This document shows, in pieces, positions 1-9,784 of a stretch of DNA of 50,081 bases. The DNA lies in IMG/VR virus record IMGVR_UViG_3300035670_000313, positions 1 to 50,081 of that record. One strand, written 5' to 3'. A program made the translations under genes and the position numbers. This DNA comes from a virus. Its lineage: Duplodnaviria > Caudoviricetes. Below the pieces are notes generated by a model. That model was given only the letters and a program-made list of their open reading frames with translations. It was not told the DNA's origin and did not search any database. The stretch's first letter is position 1, and each line of letters opens with the position of its first letter.

Positions 1-127
1 GCGAGTACCCAGTGGACGCAAAGTTCCTAATGTTCCCAAGCCGCGTGAACCGTCGCGCTGGCCGCACCTTCGGAACCCCTGACGCTTTGCCAGCTGTGCC
101 ATGGGCCCACGCTTACAACGAGTTCCT
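1..127. repeat. Terminal direct repeat (identical to 49955-50081); circular assembly overlap
   Basis: Exact 127-nt match of the two ends; falls inside the portal ORF. Confidence 0.95.
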
Positions 128-791
128 GAAAGACGGAAGCCGTATGCTTAAGGCTCTATCCATGTTCGCATGGCAGCTAAAGAGCAAGACCAAGACTGGT
201 GTTCAGAACGCCGCAGCTGCAATCGCAAGCCCAGGTTCTGCAGGCTCAACCGCTGTGCTCGGAGCTGACATGGAGCTTAGCTCGATGCCAAGAGCTGGAA
301 GCGTGGACCTGACCGATGGCCGTCCACTTGGCTCGATGGTTGCCTCTGCACTTGAGGTTTCGGTTGTTGCACTTCTTTCCGACCCAGGTAGCTCGGGTGC
401 CTACGGCACCGCACAGACCCTGGATGTGCCGACCCTAAAGGCCATGGAGGCCAGACAGCACGTCTGGACCCAGTTCTACAAGCGAGTCATGGAGTTCTTG
501 GGCATCCGTGACGCACAGGTGAACTGGCCTAAGATTGAGTCCGAGCCAAGCCAGCGCCTAATGCAGGCACTTGCCCTAGCTCGCGAGACCGGTGCAATCT
601 GGGACGACGAGTACCGCGAGGCTGTCATCGAGACCCTCGACGTGCCAAGACTTCACGCTACCCCACCTAACGCACAGCCAGACCAGAGCCAAGGTTCTGC
701 AATCCCATCACAGGGCAACTCTGGCGCAGTAGGTTCGATGCAAGACAACGCAAACGACCTGGCTCAAGCCGACGCAAACCCCACAGCATAA
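1..791 (+). CDS. Portal protein, C-terminal part (continues from 49336 across the junction; about 469 aa total)
   Basis: In frame with ATG 49336 through the overlap; sits between terminase large subunit and protease. Confidence 0.85.
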   Translation, partial: EYPVDAKFLMFPSRVNRRAGRTFGTPDALPAVPWAHAYNEFLKDGSRMLKALSMFAWQLKSKTKTGVQNAAAAIASPGSAGSTAVLGADMELSSMPRAGSVDLTDGRPLGSMVASALEVSVVALLSDPGSSGAYGTAQTLDVPTLKAMEARQHVWTQFYKRVMEFLGIRDAQVNWPKIESEPSQRLMQALALARETGAIWDDEYREAVIETLDVPRLHATPPNAQPDQSQGSAIPSQGNSGAVGSMQDNANDLAQADANPTA

Positions 792-837
792 CTGTCATGG
801 TATAATTAATCCCAGTGATTAATTCATGGGAGATTTT

Positions 838-1824
838 ATGGCTGTTCAGCTAAGCGAGTCGCTAGGCTTTGCACCTGTTACCACCAAGGGTAACAAGTGG
901 CGTGTTAAGGTTATCGAGTCCGGCTGGGGCTCTTCTGGATACTACCCTGCGACCATGCTGGCTGCCTACGGCCCAGCTGTCTTTAAAAAAGGCACCAAGG
1001 TCTTTATGAATCACCCCTCCATGTCGGAGTCTTCAGACCGTCCTGAGCGTGACGTGCATCAGCTTGCTGGCAAGCTAGCTTCTGATGCCGTCTTCCAAGA
1101 AGGCGCACTTTATGCGGACGTTGAATTTTATTCTCACTATGCCCCAATCATTCGGGAGATGGCTGAGGATGTAGGTTTGTCTATCCACGCGTTTGGCGAA
1201 GCTAACGTTGGTGAGGCAGAGGGTCGTACCGGACCCATCATCGAAACTTTGGTGGCAGACCCACTGACAAGCGTAGATGTTGTAACCGTAGCCGGAGCTG
1301 GAGGCAAGTTCTTGACTCTTCTCGAAAGCTACACTAGAAAGGATGACGAAATCGTTGAGATTTCGGAGTCCCTATCGGAAGGAAATGAAAGCATGATTAC
1401 AAAGGAAGAGTTCGAGGCCGCAATTGACGACCTGAAGTCCACCCTTGTTGAGGCTCTCACTCCTCTACGCGAGTCGATTTCGGTTCTAGTAGAGGCTGCC
1501 ACTCCTGCCGAGGGTGAGGAAGTTGTCCCAGCTGAGACCGTTGAGGTCGAGGCAGAGGAAGCTATTGACCCTGTAGATGTGGCTGTGAAGTTCAACGAAT
1601 CTGGCCTGCCTAAGCTAGCCCTGTCCCGCGTGGCCGAGGCTCTTAAGAGCGAGTCGAACACCAAGTCTGTTGATGAATTGATTGCTGACGAGAAGGCTTA
1701 TGTCGTCGCAGTTTCTGAGTCAGCTGCAGCTCCTGTAGACACCTTTGGCGTTATCCAGGAAGCAATTACCACAACCAAAACCGATGAGTTCGACGCTATC
1801 GTCGCTCGCATCTCAAAGAAGTAA
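838..1824 (+). CDS. Capsid maturation protease / scaffold fusion
   Basis: N-terminal protease-like domain (VFMNHP...GLSIHA...SVDVVTVAGAGG), acidic helical C-terminus, upstream of capsid genes; start could be 826. Confidence 0.75.
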   Translation: MAVQLSESLGFAPVTTKGNKWRVKVIESGWGSSGYYPATMLAAYGPAVFKKGTKVFMNHPSMSESSDRPERDVHQLAGKLASDAVFQEGALYADVEFYSHYAPIIREMAEDVGLSIHAFGEANVGEAEGRTGPIIETLVADPLTSVDVVTVAGAGGKFLTLLESYTRKDDEIVEISESLSEGNESMITKEEFEAAIDDLKSTLVEALTPLRESISVLVEAATPAEGEEVVPAETVEVEAEEAIDPVDVAVKFNESGLPKLALSRVAEALKSESNTKSVDELIADEKAYVVAVSESAAAPVDTFGVIQEAITTTKTDEFDAIVARISKK

Positions 1825-1834
1825 GGAACAGTAA

Positions 1835-2182
1835 ATGGCTCTTAACGAGATTTACGTAGACGCTAATGAGCTCTCCCTTCCTGTTGACAGCGCCGTTGTT
1901 TCTGGCGACTTTGTCAAGGTAGGAGACCTTGTGGGCGTTGCACTAGTTGACGCTAAGACTGGTGAGAACGGCAGCTACTACAGCACCGTAAAGCTGTCTG
2001 GCGCATTTAAGATTGCCTTCAAGTCAGGCGACACCTTCGCAGTAGGCCAGAAGGCCTACGGTGTTGCAGACGGCGACGGCATCATTGCCGAGGTTCAGGA
2101 AGACGCAACCAGCGCTAAGCTAGTTGGACACGTCCTGAAGGTAAACACCGCCGACGTTGTTGTTCGTCTGGCTCAGAACTAA
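1835..2182 (+). CDS. Capsid decoration/cement protein (DUF2190-like)
   Basis: 115 aa, VVSGDFVKVGDLVGVALVDA pattern, directly before major capsid. Confidence 0.7.
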   Translation: MALNEIYVDANELSLPVDSAVVSGDFVKVGDLVGVALVDAKTGENGSYYSTVKLSGAFKIAFKSGDTFAVGQKAYGVADGDGIIAEVQEDATSAKLVGHVLKVNTADVVVRLAQN

Positions 2183-2193
2183 GGATAGATAGA

Positions 2194-3297
2194 ATGACTG
2201 AAAAGATTACCGCACGTCAGCTTGAGGCTGCAAAGCTCCTTGAGGGAGCACTCCGTGGTGACCGCGCAGACAAGCTAAAGCTACAGGAAGGTATCTCTAC
2301 CTCTGACCTGCCAGTACAGCTTGCTCCAACCATCAACAAGATTATGTTGGAGAACTACGCAGCTCAGCCAAAGGTCTGGGACCGCTTCGCAACCCGTCTA
2401 GTCGTTGACGACTTCCGCCCAGTAACCTTCCAGGCTATGCGCTACGAAGACGAGGGTATGGACAACGCAGGCGACAAGTTCCGCGATGGCTCACTACCTA
2501 CCGTTGCTGAGTACAGCGAGTACCCAACCGCTGGTTGGTTCAACGTAACCGAGCAGACCATGTCTGTGAAGAAGGCAGGAACTCGTATCCGCTTCTCATG
2601 GGAGACCATCGTTAACGACGGTCAGATTGGTCTACTAGAGCGTCTACCTATCGAGCTTGCACAGAAGGCAGCTGGCAAGGAAGATGAGGAAGTTACCAAG
2701 CAGCTAGTTTCTGACTCCGGTCTAAACACCGCTAACTTCAAGTCAGCAAACCAGAACCTACTAGCTGGAAACCCAGCTCTTACCCTAGAGTCCCTAGAGG
2801 ACGCAATCGAGGCTGCTAACCTGCAGACCTGGCAGGGTAACCTAATCACCCCAATTACCCGTTTCGCACTAGTTGTACCTCGTGCGCTAGAGATGACCGC
2901 TCGTCGCATCCTTGCTGTTCAGCAGGTTCGCACCGAGACCACCTCTGGTTCAACCGTAACCTCTCTTGTAACCGGAAACCCAATCGGTTCACAGGTTGAG
3001 ATTGTTGTCAACGACTGGCTAACCAAGATTAACTCTGGCGCTGGCAACTACTGGTTCCTGATTCCAGTTCCTGGACAGTCCCTAAACCCAGGTGTAGCCC
3101 TTGGCTTCCTCCGTGGTTACGAGACCCCAGAGCTACGTATCAAGATGAACGGTGGCACCTACCTAGGTGGCGGCGACGTTCCTGCTCGTGAGGGTTCGTT
3201 CGACAACGACGACTTCGAGATGAGAATCCGTCACATCGCAACTGGTGGCTTCATTGTCCCAACCGGTACCATCGCTTCAACTGGAGCTGGTGCCTAA
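2194..3297 (+). CDS. Major capsid protein
   Basis: 367 aa, position, strongly biased codon use, followed by terminator. Confidence 0.85.
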   Translation: MTEKITARQLEAAKLLEGALRGDRADKLKLQEGISTSDLPVQLAPTINKIMLENYAAQPKVWDRFATRLVVDDFRPVTFQAMRYEDEGMDNAGDKFRDGSLPTVAEYSEYPTAGWFNVTEQTMSVKKAGTRIRFSWETIVNDGQIGLLERLPIELAQKAAGKEDEEVTKQLVSDSGLNTANFKSANQNLLAGNPALTLESLEDAIEAANLQTWQGNLITPITRFALVVPRALEMTARRILAVQQVRTETTSGSTVTSLVTGNPIGSQVEIVVNDWLTKINSGAGNYWFLIPVPGQSLNPGVALGFLRGYETPELRIKMNGGTYLGGGDVPAREGSFDNDDFEMRIRHIATGGFIVPTGTIASTGAGA

Positions 3298-3322
3298 ACC
3301 TTAACCTTCTTTCTTGGTTAAA

Positions 3323-3360
3323 GAAAGCCCCTCAGGACCTTGAAGCCCTGGGGGGTTTTC
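3323..3360 (+). terminator. Intrinsic terminator after capsid gene
   Basis: AAAGCCCCTCAGG...CCTGGGGGGTTTT hairpin with T tract. Confidence 0.75.
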
Positions 3361-3416
3361 CCTTTCTGGATGGTCTATAATAGTTGACCCCCAAAAAATT
3401 AAAGAAGGATTGTTCT

Positions 3417-3647
3417 ATGTCTCAAGTAACGGTTTACACTCTTCCCTCCTGTGTGCAATGCGACAGCACTAAGCGATACTTGAAACGAGAACTAATCGAT
3501 TTTGTGGAAGTGCAGCTCCAGGATGACCCACAGGCGTACGAAATGGTCAGGGCTAAGGGATTTACTCAGGCACCAGTTGTAATGGCCGGAGAACGCATCT
3601 GGAGCGGTTTTAGAATGGATGAGCTCAAAGCCCTTAAGGCTGCTTAG
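3417..3647 (+). CDS. nrdH: NrdH-like glutaredoxin
   Basis: VTVYT..CVQC..TKR, APVV, WSGFR motifs. Confidence 0.9.
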   Translation: MSQVTVYTLPSCVQCDSTKRYLKRELIDFVEVQLQDDPQAYEMVRAKGFTQAPVVMAGERIWSGFRMDELKALKAA

Positions 3648-3672
3648 TTTTATTCTCTGGTATAATATAAAT

Positions 3673-3751
3673 AGTTGCGGCTCCTCCTTCTGCAACTTAT
3701 ATAGTGCACTACAAGCCCGCCCTGTTGAGTAATCTCCGGGGCGGGTTTCTT
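3673..3751 (+). ncRNA. Candidate small RNA with anti-Shine-Dalgarno hairpin loop
   Basis: TGG-TATAAT (3658-3666); 8-bp stem AGTTGCGG/CTGCAACT with loop CTCCTCCTT; terminator hairpin 3713-3751; no ORF. Confidence 0.65.
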
Positions 3752-3778
3752 ATAGCTGCCTGATAGAATTGTAGAACC

Positions 3779-4588
3779 ATGATTATTTGGCCCGATAACG
3801 GACTGCCGCCTCAAGCCCAGGAGTGGGCCGATAAAGTTGAGACGGAAGTTACCCGTATCGACAAGAAGACGGGCGGAAGCGGAGCTTCAGGCTCAGATGG
3901 TGCTCGTGGTCCTCAGGGGCCACAAGGTCCTGCTGGCCCTCAAGGTATTCAGGGCCCGAAAGGAGACCAAGGTGAACAAGGTCCTCAAGGTGAACAAGGC
4001 TTACAAGGCGAAGTCGGACCTGAAGGGCCTATTGGCCCTCAGGGAGCTCAAGGTGAGATGGGCCCTGCTGGGCCTCAAGGCGAACCCGGCCCCCAAGGTT
4101 TGCAGGGCGAGCAAGGTCCTGCCGGTCCAACTGGACCAACCGGTCCGCAGGGTGACACAGGACCTATGGGTCCTATGGGACCACAAGGACCACAAGGTGA
4201 AGTCGGTGCTACTGGACCGATGGGTCCAATGGGAGAGACGGGCCCAGAGGGGCCTATGGGTCCTCAGGGTATTCAAGGCCCAACTGGAGCTACAGGTCCT
4301 CAGGGCCCTAAGGGCGATACTGGGTCACAAGGTCTAGACGGCCTATCGGCTTATCAGGTAGCTCAGCTTAACGGTTTTACTGGCACAGAGCAGGAATGGC
4401 TTGACAGCCTTGTTGGAGCCGATGGTGCTACGGGACCACAGGGTCCCCAAGGTATCCAAGGAGAAACTGGCCCTCAGGGTCCAGCTGGAGCCGACGGACA
4501 ACCGTATGGTAATATTGATGGAGGAAAAGCTAATAGTGTTTATGGCGGGATTAGTCCACTATTGGGCGGAAATGCGAGTAGTTTTTAA
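3779..4588 (+). CDS. Collagen-like fibre protein
   Basis: Long G-X-Y repeat; [22 protein letters not shown] motif. Confidence 0.85.
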   Translation: MIIWPDNGLPPQAQEWADKVETEVTRIDKKTGGSGASGSDGARGPQGPQGPAGPQGIQGPKGDQGEQGPQGEQGLQGEVGPEGPIGPQGAQGEMGPAGPQGEPGPQGLQGEQGPAGPTGPTGPQGDTGPMGPMGPQGPQGEVGATGPMGPMGETGPEGPMGPQGIQGPTGATGPQGPKGDTGSQGLDGLSAYQVAQLNGFTGTEQEWLDSLVGADGATGPQGPQGIQGETGPQGPAGADGQPYGNIDGGKANSVYGGISPLLGGNASSF

Positions 4589-4782
4589 TGGCAGTTCAAA
4601 TACAGTTTAGGAACGACACTGCTGCTAACTGGGCATTGGCTAATCCAATCCTTGCACAGGGTGAAATGGGCGTTGAGTTGGACACAAGAAAATTCAAGTT
4701 CGGAGACGGCCTTACTGAGTGGAATGACTTAGAGTACGGCTTTGTAAGTCTTGCGGATGAGATTGACGGCGGAAGCGCTTAG
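4588..4782 (+). CDS. Small protein, Mtd_N/hyaluronidase-N-like fibre domain
   Basis: IQFRNDTAANW...NPILAQGEMGVELDT..FKFGDG...WNDLEY. Confidence 0.8.
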   Translation: MAVQIQFRNDTAANWALANPILAQGEMGVELDTRKFKFGDGLTEWNDLEYGFVSLADEIDGGSA

Positions 4783-4793
4783 GACGGATAGAG

Positions 4794-6122
4794 ATGGCAT
4801 TACCAACCAACGTTAATTACGGCACAGTAGTAGGCCAATTCCTACTTGCTTACGCTGACAGCTCGGATGTCGACCCACAACCAGATGGCATTCCTGCTAA
4901 AGGTTTTATTTACTTCCGTCCATCCCCAATTAAGCTTCTTGATGCCACTTCATCGCCTAACCCAGTAACCATTCTTCCTGCAGTTGTTGAGTGTGCGCTT
5001 GATGCTGAGGGTTACCTACTTGGTGGAGACGGAACTCGTGGCGTAAGACTAGTTGCAACTACTGACACTGACCTAAACCCAGTTAACTGGACTTGGACTG
5101 TAGAGTTCCGCCTGACTGACCAGGACGATGTTCCGGTCCCACTTCCATCTTTTAGCATTGCGCTTCCATCTAGCACAACCGTAGACCTAACCACTGTTAG
5201 CCCTGTGCCTGACGCAAATGGCACCTACTATCTAGTTGGACCGACTGGCCCTCAGGGACCCCAGGGTATCCAGGGTATCCAGGGTGAAGCTGCTACCATT
5301 ACCGTTGGTACCGTTACGACTGGGGCCGAGGGTTCTAGCGCATCTGTAGTCAACTCAGGAACTTCTGGCGATGCCGTTCTAGACTTTACAATCCCACGCG
5401 GAGACACAGGCGCTCAGGGACCAATTGGACCACAGGGTGAGACTGGACCGATTGGTCCAACCGGTGCGACTGGTATCGAGTGGCAGGGCGCATGGAACAG
5501 CTCTACTGACTATGTAAACAACGATGCAGTGTTTTACAATGGCGCTTCATGGTTTGCAGCAGGTGACCCTCCAGTTGGTGATACGCCATCAGAATCTTCA
5601 CTTTACTGGTTCCCGCTAGCCCTTCAGGGTGCCACTGGAGCGACAGGTCCACAAGGACCACAGGGTGAGGTTGGCCCACAAGGTGAGCAGGGTATTCAGG
5701 GTGAAATCGGATTCCCAGGATTTAAATTTGATACTCGTAGAACCCTAACTAACCAGTATGTTCCTGGTGAGATTGTAGAATATCTTGGCGACTACTTTAT
5801 CTGCCTGGCAAACAACGATGCCATACCGCCAACAGGCGGAGCAATCGGCGTTTACTGGGCCCCATATTCCTTCGTAGGGCCACAGGGAGATGCTGCGACA
5901 ATTGCAGTTGGCACAGTGACCACTGGCGCTCCTGGAAGCTCTGTAATCGTTACAAATTCTGGAACTAGCGGAGCCGCAGTATTTGACTTCACTATCCCAA
6001 AGGGTGACACTGGTGACATCGGAAACATCACCGCAATCTCTCCAGTAACCTATAACTCAGCAACCGCCGAGATTGGCTTTGACCCAGATGGCATCGCCTA
6101 CATCGACGGTGGAACTGCATGA
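4794..6122 (+). CDS. Minor tail/fibre protein with collagen segments
   Basis: G-X-Y blocks, two copies of ATI.VGTVTTG...NSGTSG.AV.DFTIP.G, small CBM-like modules. Confidence 0.75.
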   Translation: MALPTNVNYGTVVGQFLLAYADSSDVDPQPDGIPAKGFIYFRPSPIKLLDATSSPNPVTILPAVVECALDAEGYLLGGDGTRGVRLVATTDTDLNPVNWTWTVEFRLTDQDDVPVPLPSFSIALPSSTTVDLTTVSPVPDANGTYYLVGPTGPQGPQGIQGIQGEAATITVGTVTTGAEGSSASVVNSGTSGDAVLDFTIPRGDTGAQGPIGPQGETGPIGPTGATGIEWQGAWNSSTDYVNNDAVFYNGASWFAAGDPPVGDTPSESSLYWFPLALQGATGATGPQGPQGEVGPQGEQGIQGEIGFPGFKFDTRRTLTNQYVPGEIVEYLGDYFICLANNDAIPPTGGAIGVYWAPYSFVGPQGDAATIAVGTVTTGAPGSSVIVTNSGTSGAAVFDFTIPKGDTGDIGNITAISPVTYNSATAEIGFDPDGIAYIDGGTA

Positions 6123-6153
6123 TAAAATTGTTTAAGACTGTAAGGATTAATTA

Positions 6154-6921
6154 ATGCCAGCACAAACTGTTATTAAGCTCCGTAGGGACACTGCGGCGAA
6201 CTGGACGACTGCTAACCCAGTTCTAGCAGCTGGCGAGCCAGGTCTAGAGACTGATACTGCAAAGCTCAAGTTTGGTGATGGCACCACTGCTTGGAGCGGA
6301 CTAAGCTATTCCTCTGGTGGCGCATCTGTAGAAGTAAGCGACACTGCGCCTGCTGACCCAGAGCCAAATACTCTTTGGTGGAACTCTGCAACTGGAACTC
6401 TTTACATTAACTACGATGGTTACTGGGTTGAGGCTGTAGTTGGCGTTGTTGGTCCGACCGGCCCCCAGGGACCGCAAGGCGCGACTGGTGCGACTGGTGC
6501 AACGGGTGCTACTGGGCCATCTGGTGTGATTGCAGTTACCGCTCCGATTACTAATAGCGGAACTTCAACCTCCGCAAACATCGGCATCAACCAGTCTGCT
6601 CTTTTGATTAACCAATCACAGGTAGCAACCACTGTAACCGACAAGGCATCTGCGTACACAATTCTTTCGAGCGACGAGAACACATTTATCCGCTCAACCT
6701 CTGCCACCGCTGTGACAATGACAATTGCAAACGTTCTAAACGTAGGTGAGGCTATTCAGTTTATACAGTTCGGTGCGGGGCAAATAACTTTTGCGGCTGG
6801 AGCCGGAGTCAACCTTCGTAGCGTTGACAACAAGCTTAAGACAAACAAGCAGTACTCAGTTGCTGCGATTACTTGTGTAGCTTCTGGAGAGTACCTGGTA
6901 ACTGGCGATTTGGTGGCATAA
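6154..6921 (+). CDS. Fibre protein with Mtd_N-like N-terminus
   Basis: IKLRRDTAANWTTANPVLAAGEPGLETDT; short collagen; C-terminal LVTGDL head domain. Confidence 0.75.
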   Translation: MPAQTVIKLRRDTAANWTTANPVLAAGEPGLETDTAKLKFGDGTTAWSGLSYSSGGASVEVSDTAPADPEPNTLWWNSATGTLYINYDGYWVEAVVGVVGPTGPQGPQGATGATGATGATGPSGVIAVTAPITNSGTSTSANIGINQSALLINQSQVATTVTDKASAYTILSSDENTFIRSTSATAVTMTIANVLNVGEAIQFIQFGAGQITFAAGAGVNLRSVDNKLKTNKQYSVAAITCVASGEYLVTGDLVA

Positions 6922-8187
6922 ATGCTACTGTCACTCGGTTTCATAGCAGCAGCCGCAGCTGGGGTAATCCCTAACTATGTTGTGCGATTTGTCAATAGTA
7001 GGGCAAATGGTGGCCTTGGTGGTGCATACGTAGACGCTGATGGCAACGCATATATCACTGCCTCTAACAGCAACGGTGGATATGATGGCGGCCAGATAAC
7101 CCAGAAGGTTGCACCAAACAACTCGGTGCTCTGGAGCTGGACCTATCCAAACGCTTATGGTGGCGAAGTTGGTCTACACGCAGACTCGTCTGGCAACATC
7201 TACACTGGTGGCTTTCACGGTCAGGGCGGTGGAGACTACTACCTTTACGTTGTTAAATACTCTCCAGATGGCACAAGGCAGTGGCAGCGTTGGTTTGGTG
7301 GTAGCGTAACTTATCCAGACTGGACCGACACAAACGCGACTGGTCACAGCTCGCTTTCTGGTGGAGCTTTTACTGGCGGCAACTTTATCCTGCTAGACAG
7401 CAATGGAAGCGTAGTATTTAGCCGCTCTGGTAACCTTGGTGGCGAAAGCGGCGAGGGTGGATACATCGCTGGTATTGGACCTAGCCGAGTATTCTTTGGC
7501 CACCGCAAGCGTTTCAACGTATTTAGCCTAACGGGTGGATTCCAGTTCGGCAAAGCAGTTGGTACTAACGTTCCAAGAGGTACGTTTGACAACGACAATA
7601 ACCTCTACCTCTGGCACTGCACCCAGGGTGATAACATCATGTATGTCACCAAGTTTGGACCAACTGGCACAAAGATTTGGGACAGACAGATTACTGCATC
7701 GTCTGGTATTATCTGGAACAGCAGCCATGGAGTTTGCGACTCAAGCGGAAACCTTTACTTCCCAATTGGCTGGGAGCAAACTTCTGGAACAAATACAACT
7801 CAGAAGATTGCATTTGTATCTTTCGATACCAATGGCAATTTGAGGTACCAAAGAGCAGTTGATGTCGCAAATGCAAGAGATGCCGCCGGTCAGCTAAACA
7901 TTAACCAGGCAACCGGTATCGGAACAGTAGCTGGCTACATGAATGGCAATAACGCCGGTGGCTTTGCGACGTTTAACTTAGTTACAGGTAGCGCTGTGCC
8001 AACTAGCGCAGTTGCTGGTGGAGTTACGGTAAGCTTCTATAACCCAGGATTTACAATTACTACCCCAGCTTCACTTAGCTACTCTGATGTCGGAGATATT
8101 GGAGGCAGCAGCGGAGTCTCTACTCCAAACCGAGGAAGCACTGGCGGGAACTCTCAGTACACAATTTCTAGAGGAACATTCGGATAG
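6922..8187 (+). CDS. Putative beta-propeller receptor-binding protein
   Basis: Repeated D(S/A)xGNxY and VxKYxPxG..W blades. Confidence 0.6.
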   Translation: MLLSLGFIAAAAAGVIPNYVVRFVNSRANGGLGGAYVDADGNAYITASNSNGGYDGGQITQKVAPNNSVLWSWTYPNAYGGEVGLHADSSGNIYTGGFHGQGGGDYYLYVVKYSPDGTRQWQRWFGGSVTYPDWTDTNATGHSSLSGGAFTGGNFILLDSNGSVVFSRSGNLGGESGEGGYIAGIGPSRVFFGHRKRFNVFSLTGGFQFGKAVGTNVPRGTFDNDNNLYLWHCTQGDNIMYVTKFGPTGTKIWDRQITASSGIIWNSSHGVCDSSGNLYFPIGWEQTSGTNTTQKIAFVSFDTNGNLRYQRAVDVANARDAAGQLNINQATGIGTVAGYMNGNNAGGFATFNLVTGSAVPTSAVAGGVTVSFYNPGFTITTPASLSYSDVGDIGGSSGVSTPNRGSTGGNSQYTISRGTFG

Positions 8188-8195
8188 GCGGAATA

Positions 8196-8522
8196 ATGTT
8201 TTACATCGACCCAAGTGGAAACTACCCACGATACTACGGCGACATCATGTCAGAGCACCCAGAGTGGCAGCTAGGCGATGAGCTACCTGAAGGCTGGCAG
8301 CTAGTTGCTGACGCACCTGCCCCAGAGTATGCTGAGGATGAGACTTTCGAAGATGGCGAGCCAGCTGTAATTGATGGCGTTTTGACTAGAACCTTTGTTG
8401 TTAGAAAACTAACAGCAGAGGAGCTAGAGGTTCGTCAAGCCCCACAGACTGCTAGGCAAAAGCTTGTTGACCTTGGATTCTCAGAGGTTGAAATCAACGC
8501 AATTGCCAGAGGCCGCATCTAA
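8196..8522 (+). CDS. Hypothetical (fibre assembly-like) protein
   Basis: 108 aa ORF after propeller gene. Confidence 0.55.
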   Translation: MFYIDPSGNYPRYYGDIMSEHPEWQLGDELPEGWQLVADAPAPEYAEDETFEDGEPAVIDGVLTRTFVVRKLTAEELEVRQAPQTARQKLVDLGFSEVEINAIARGRI

Positions 8523-8545
8523 CCTAGAAATGGTAAAATAAGAAC

Positions 8546-9409
8546 ATGGCTATTAACTTCCCTGATTCCCCGACAACCGGAGACTCCTTTACTGCTGCTG
8601 GGCGCACGTGGGTGTGGGATGGCAGCACTTGGAATAACGACGCTACCTCAGAGTTTGACACTGTGCAGTTTGACACTACCGCTGGCGCTATTGCTGGCAC
8701 AGGTGAGCTTGCATGGAACTCAAACATGGAGACTCTTGACCTTGGCCTAGATGCAAACGTAACGCTCCAGGTTGGTCAAGAGCATGTAATCCGCGTCAAG
8801 AACGCATCGGCCTCTGTGGCAATTCCTAACGGCACAGTAGTGATGTTTGCTGGAGCAACTGGTGACACTGTAACCGTGTCGCCAATGGTTGCCAATGGAA
8901 CTGTATCATCAGAGTATCTAGTTGGAATTGCAACCGAGACTATTCCTGCAGACGGCTTTGGCTTTGTCACTCAGTTCGGTTTTGTTAATGGCCTAGACAC
9001 TACTGCATGGCCTGCAGGAACTGTTCTTTACGCAAACCCAGCCGTGAACGGCGGCCTTACTGCAACTGAGCCTCAGGCACCAAACCTAAAGCTTGAGATT
9101 GCAGCTGTAACCAGAAGCCACGCAACCACTGGCCGCCTACTTGTGCGTGTTCACACGGGCGAAAAGATTAGCGGTCTCCACGACGTTCAGATTGCAACTC
9201 CAGTTCACGGTCAGGTGCTAAAGTACGATGACGGCCAGCTTCGCTGGGAGAACGCAGACCTGACTACTGCCGACCTTGATGACGTAGCAATTACCTCTCC
9301 AACCAACGGCCAGTCACTGACTTATAACGCAGCAACTGGCAAGTGGGTCAACAGCGCAGCAGCAGCCACAGGCGAGACCATCTCTTCGTTCTTGCTCATG
9401 GGTGCCTGA
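8546..9409 (+). CDS. Fibre/minor virion protein
   Basis: MAINFPDSP...WVWDG.TW start; two L.DV.I..P..GQ.L.Y....W.N repeats. Confidence 0.7.
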   Translation: MAINFPDSPTTGDSFTAAGRTWVWDGSTWNNDATSEFDTVQFDTTAGAIAGTGELAWNSNMETLDLGLDANVTLQVGQEHVIRVKNASASVAIPNGTVVMFAGATGDTVTVSPMVANGTVSSEYLVGIATETIPADGFGFVTQFGFVNGLDTTAWPAGTVLYANPAVNGGLTATEPQAPNLKLEIAAVTRSHATTGRLLVRVHTGEKISGLHDVQIATPVHGQVLKYDDGQLRWENADLTTADLDDVAITSPTNGQSLTYNAATGKWVNSAAAATGETISSFLLMGA

Positions 9410-9441
9410 TACAATAAATAGAGACTTAAAGAAGGACGACA

Positions 9442-9774
9442 ATGCCAACAACTTACAAGGTTCTAGGCCAGTCTGCACCAGCTGCGACTACCAACACTGA
9501 CATCTACACTGTTCCCGCAAACACTCAGACTGTCATTTCGACTATCGTTGTGGCTAACCGAGCAGCTGCTCCAGCGACCTATAGGATTGCAGTTCGACTA
9601 AACGGTGCTACTCTAGCTAACCAGCACTACATTGCTTACGATGTTACCGTAGGTGCATCCGACTCTACCACTCTTACCTTGGGCCTAACGCTGGACCCAT
9701 CGGAGATTATCACCGTCTACGCATCTACCGCCAACCTAAGCTTTAACGTATTCGGCGCTGAGATTACAGCTTAA
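9442..9774 (+). CDS. Small beta-rich virion protein
   Basis: 110 aa, RBS AAGGA, beta-strand pattern. Confidence 0.6.
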   Translation: MPTTYKVLGQSAPAATTNTDIYTVPANTQTVISTIVVANRAAAPATYRIAVRLNGATLANQHYIAYDVTVGASDSTTLTLGLTLDPSEIITVYASTANLSFNVFGAEITA

Positions 9775-9784
9775 GGGGCACTAA

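Noticed and set aside
3837-4610. Alternative-frame ORFs and DNA repeats in collagen and Gly-rich genes
   Set aside because: By-products of G-X-Y and poly-Gly coding; the same applies to most antisense ORFs in the track.
4588-6921. Diversity-generating retroelement suggested by Mtd_N-like domains
   Set aside because: No reverse transcriptase and no template/variable repeat pair seen.
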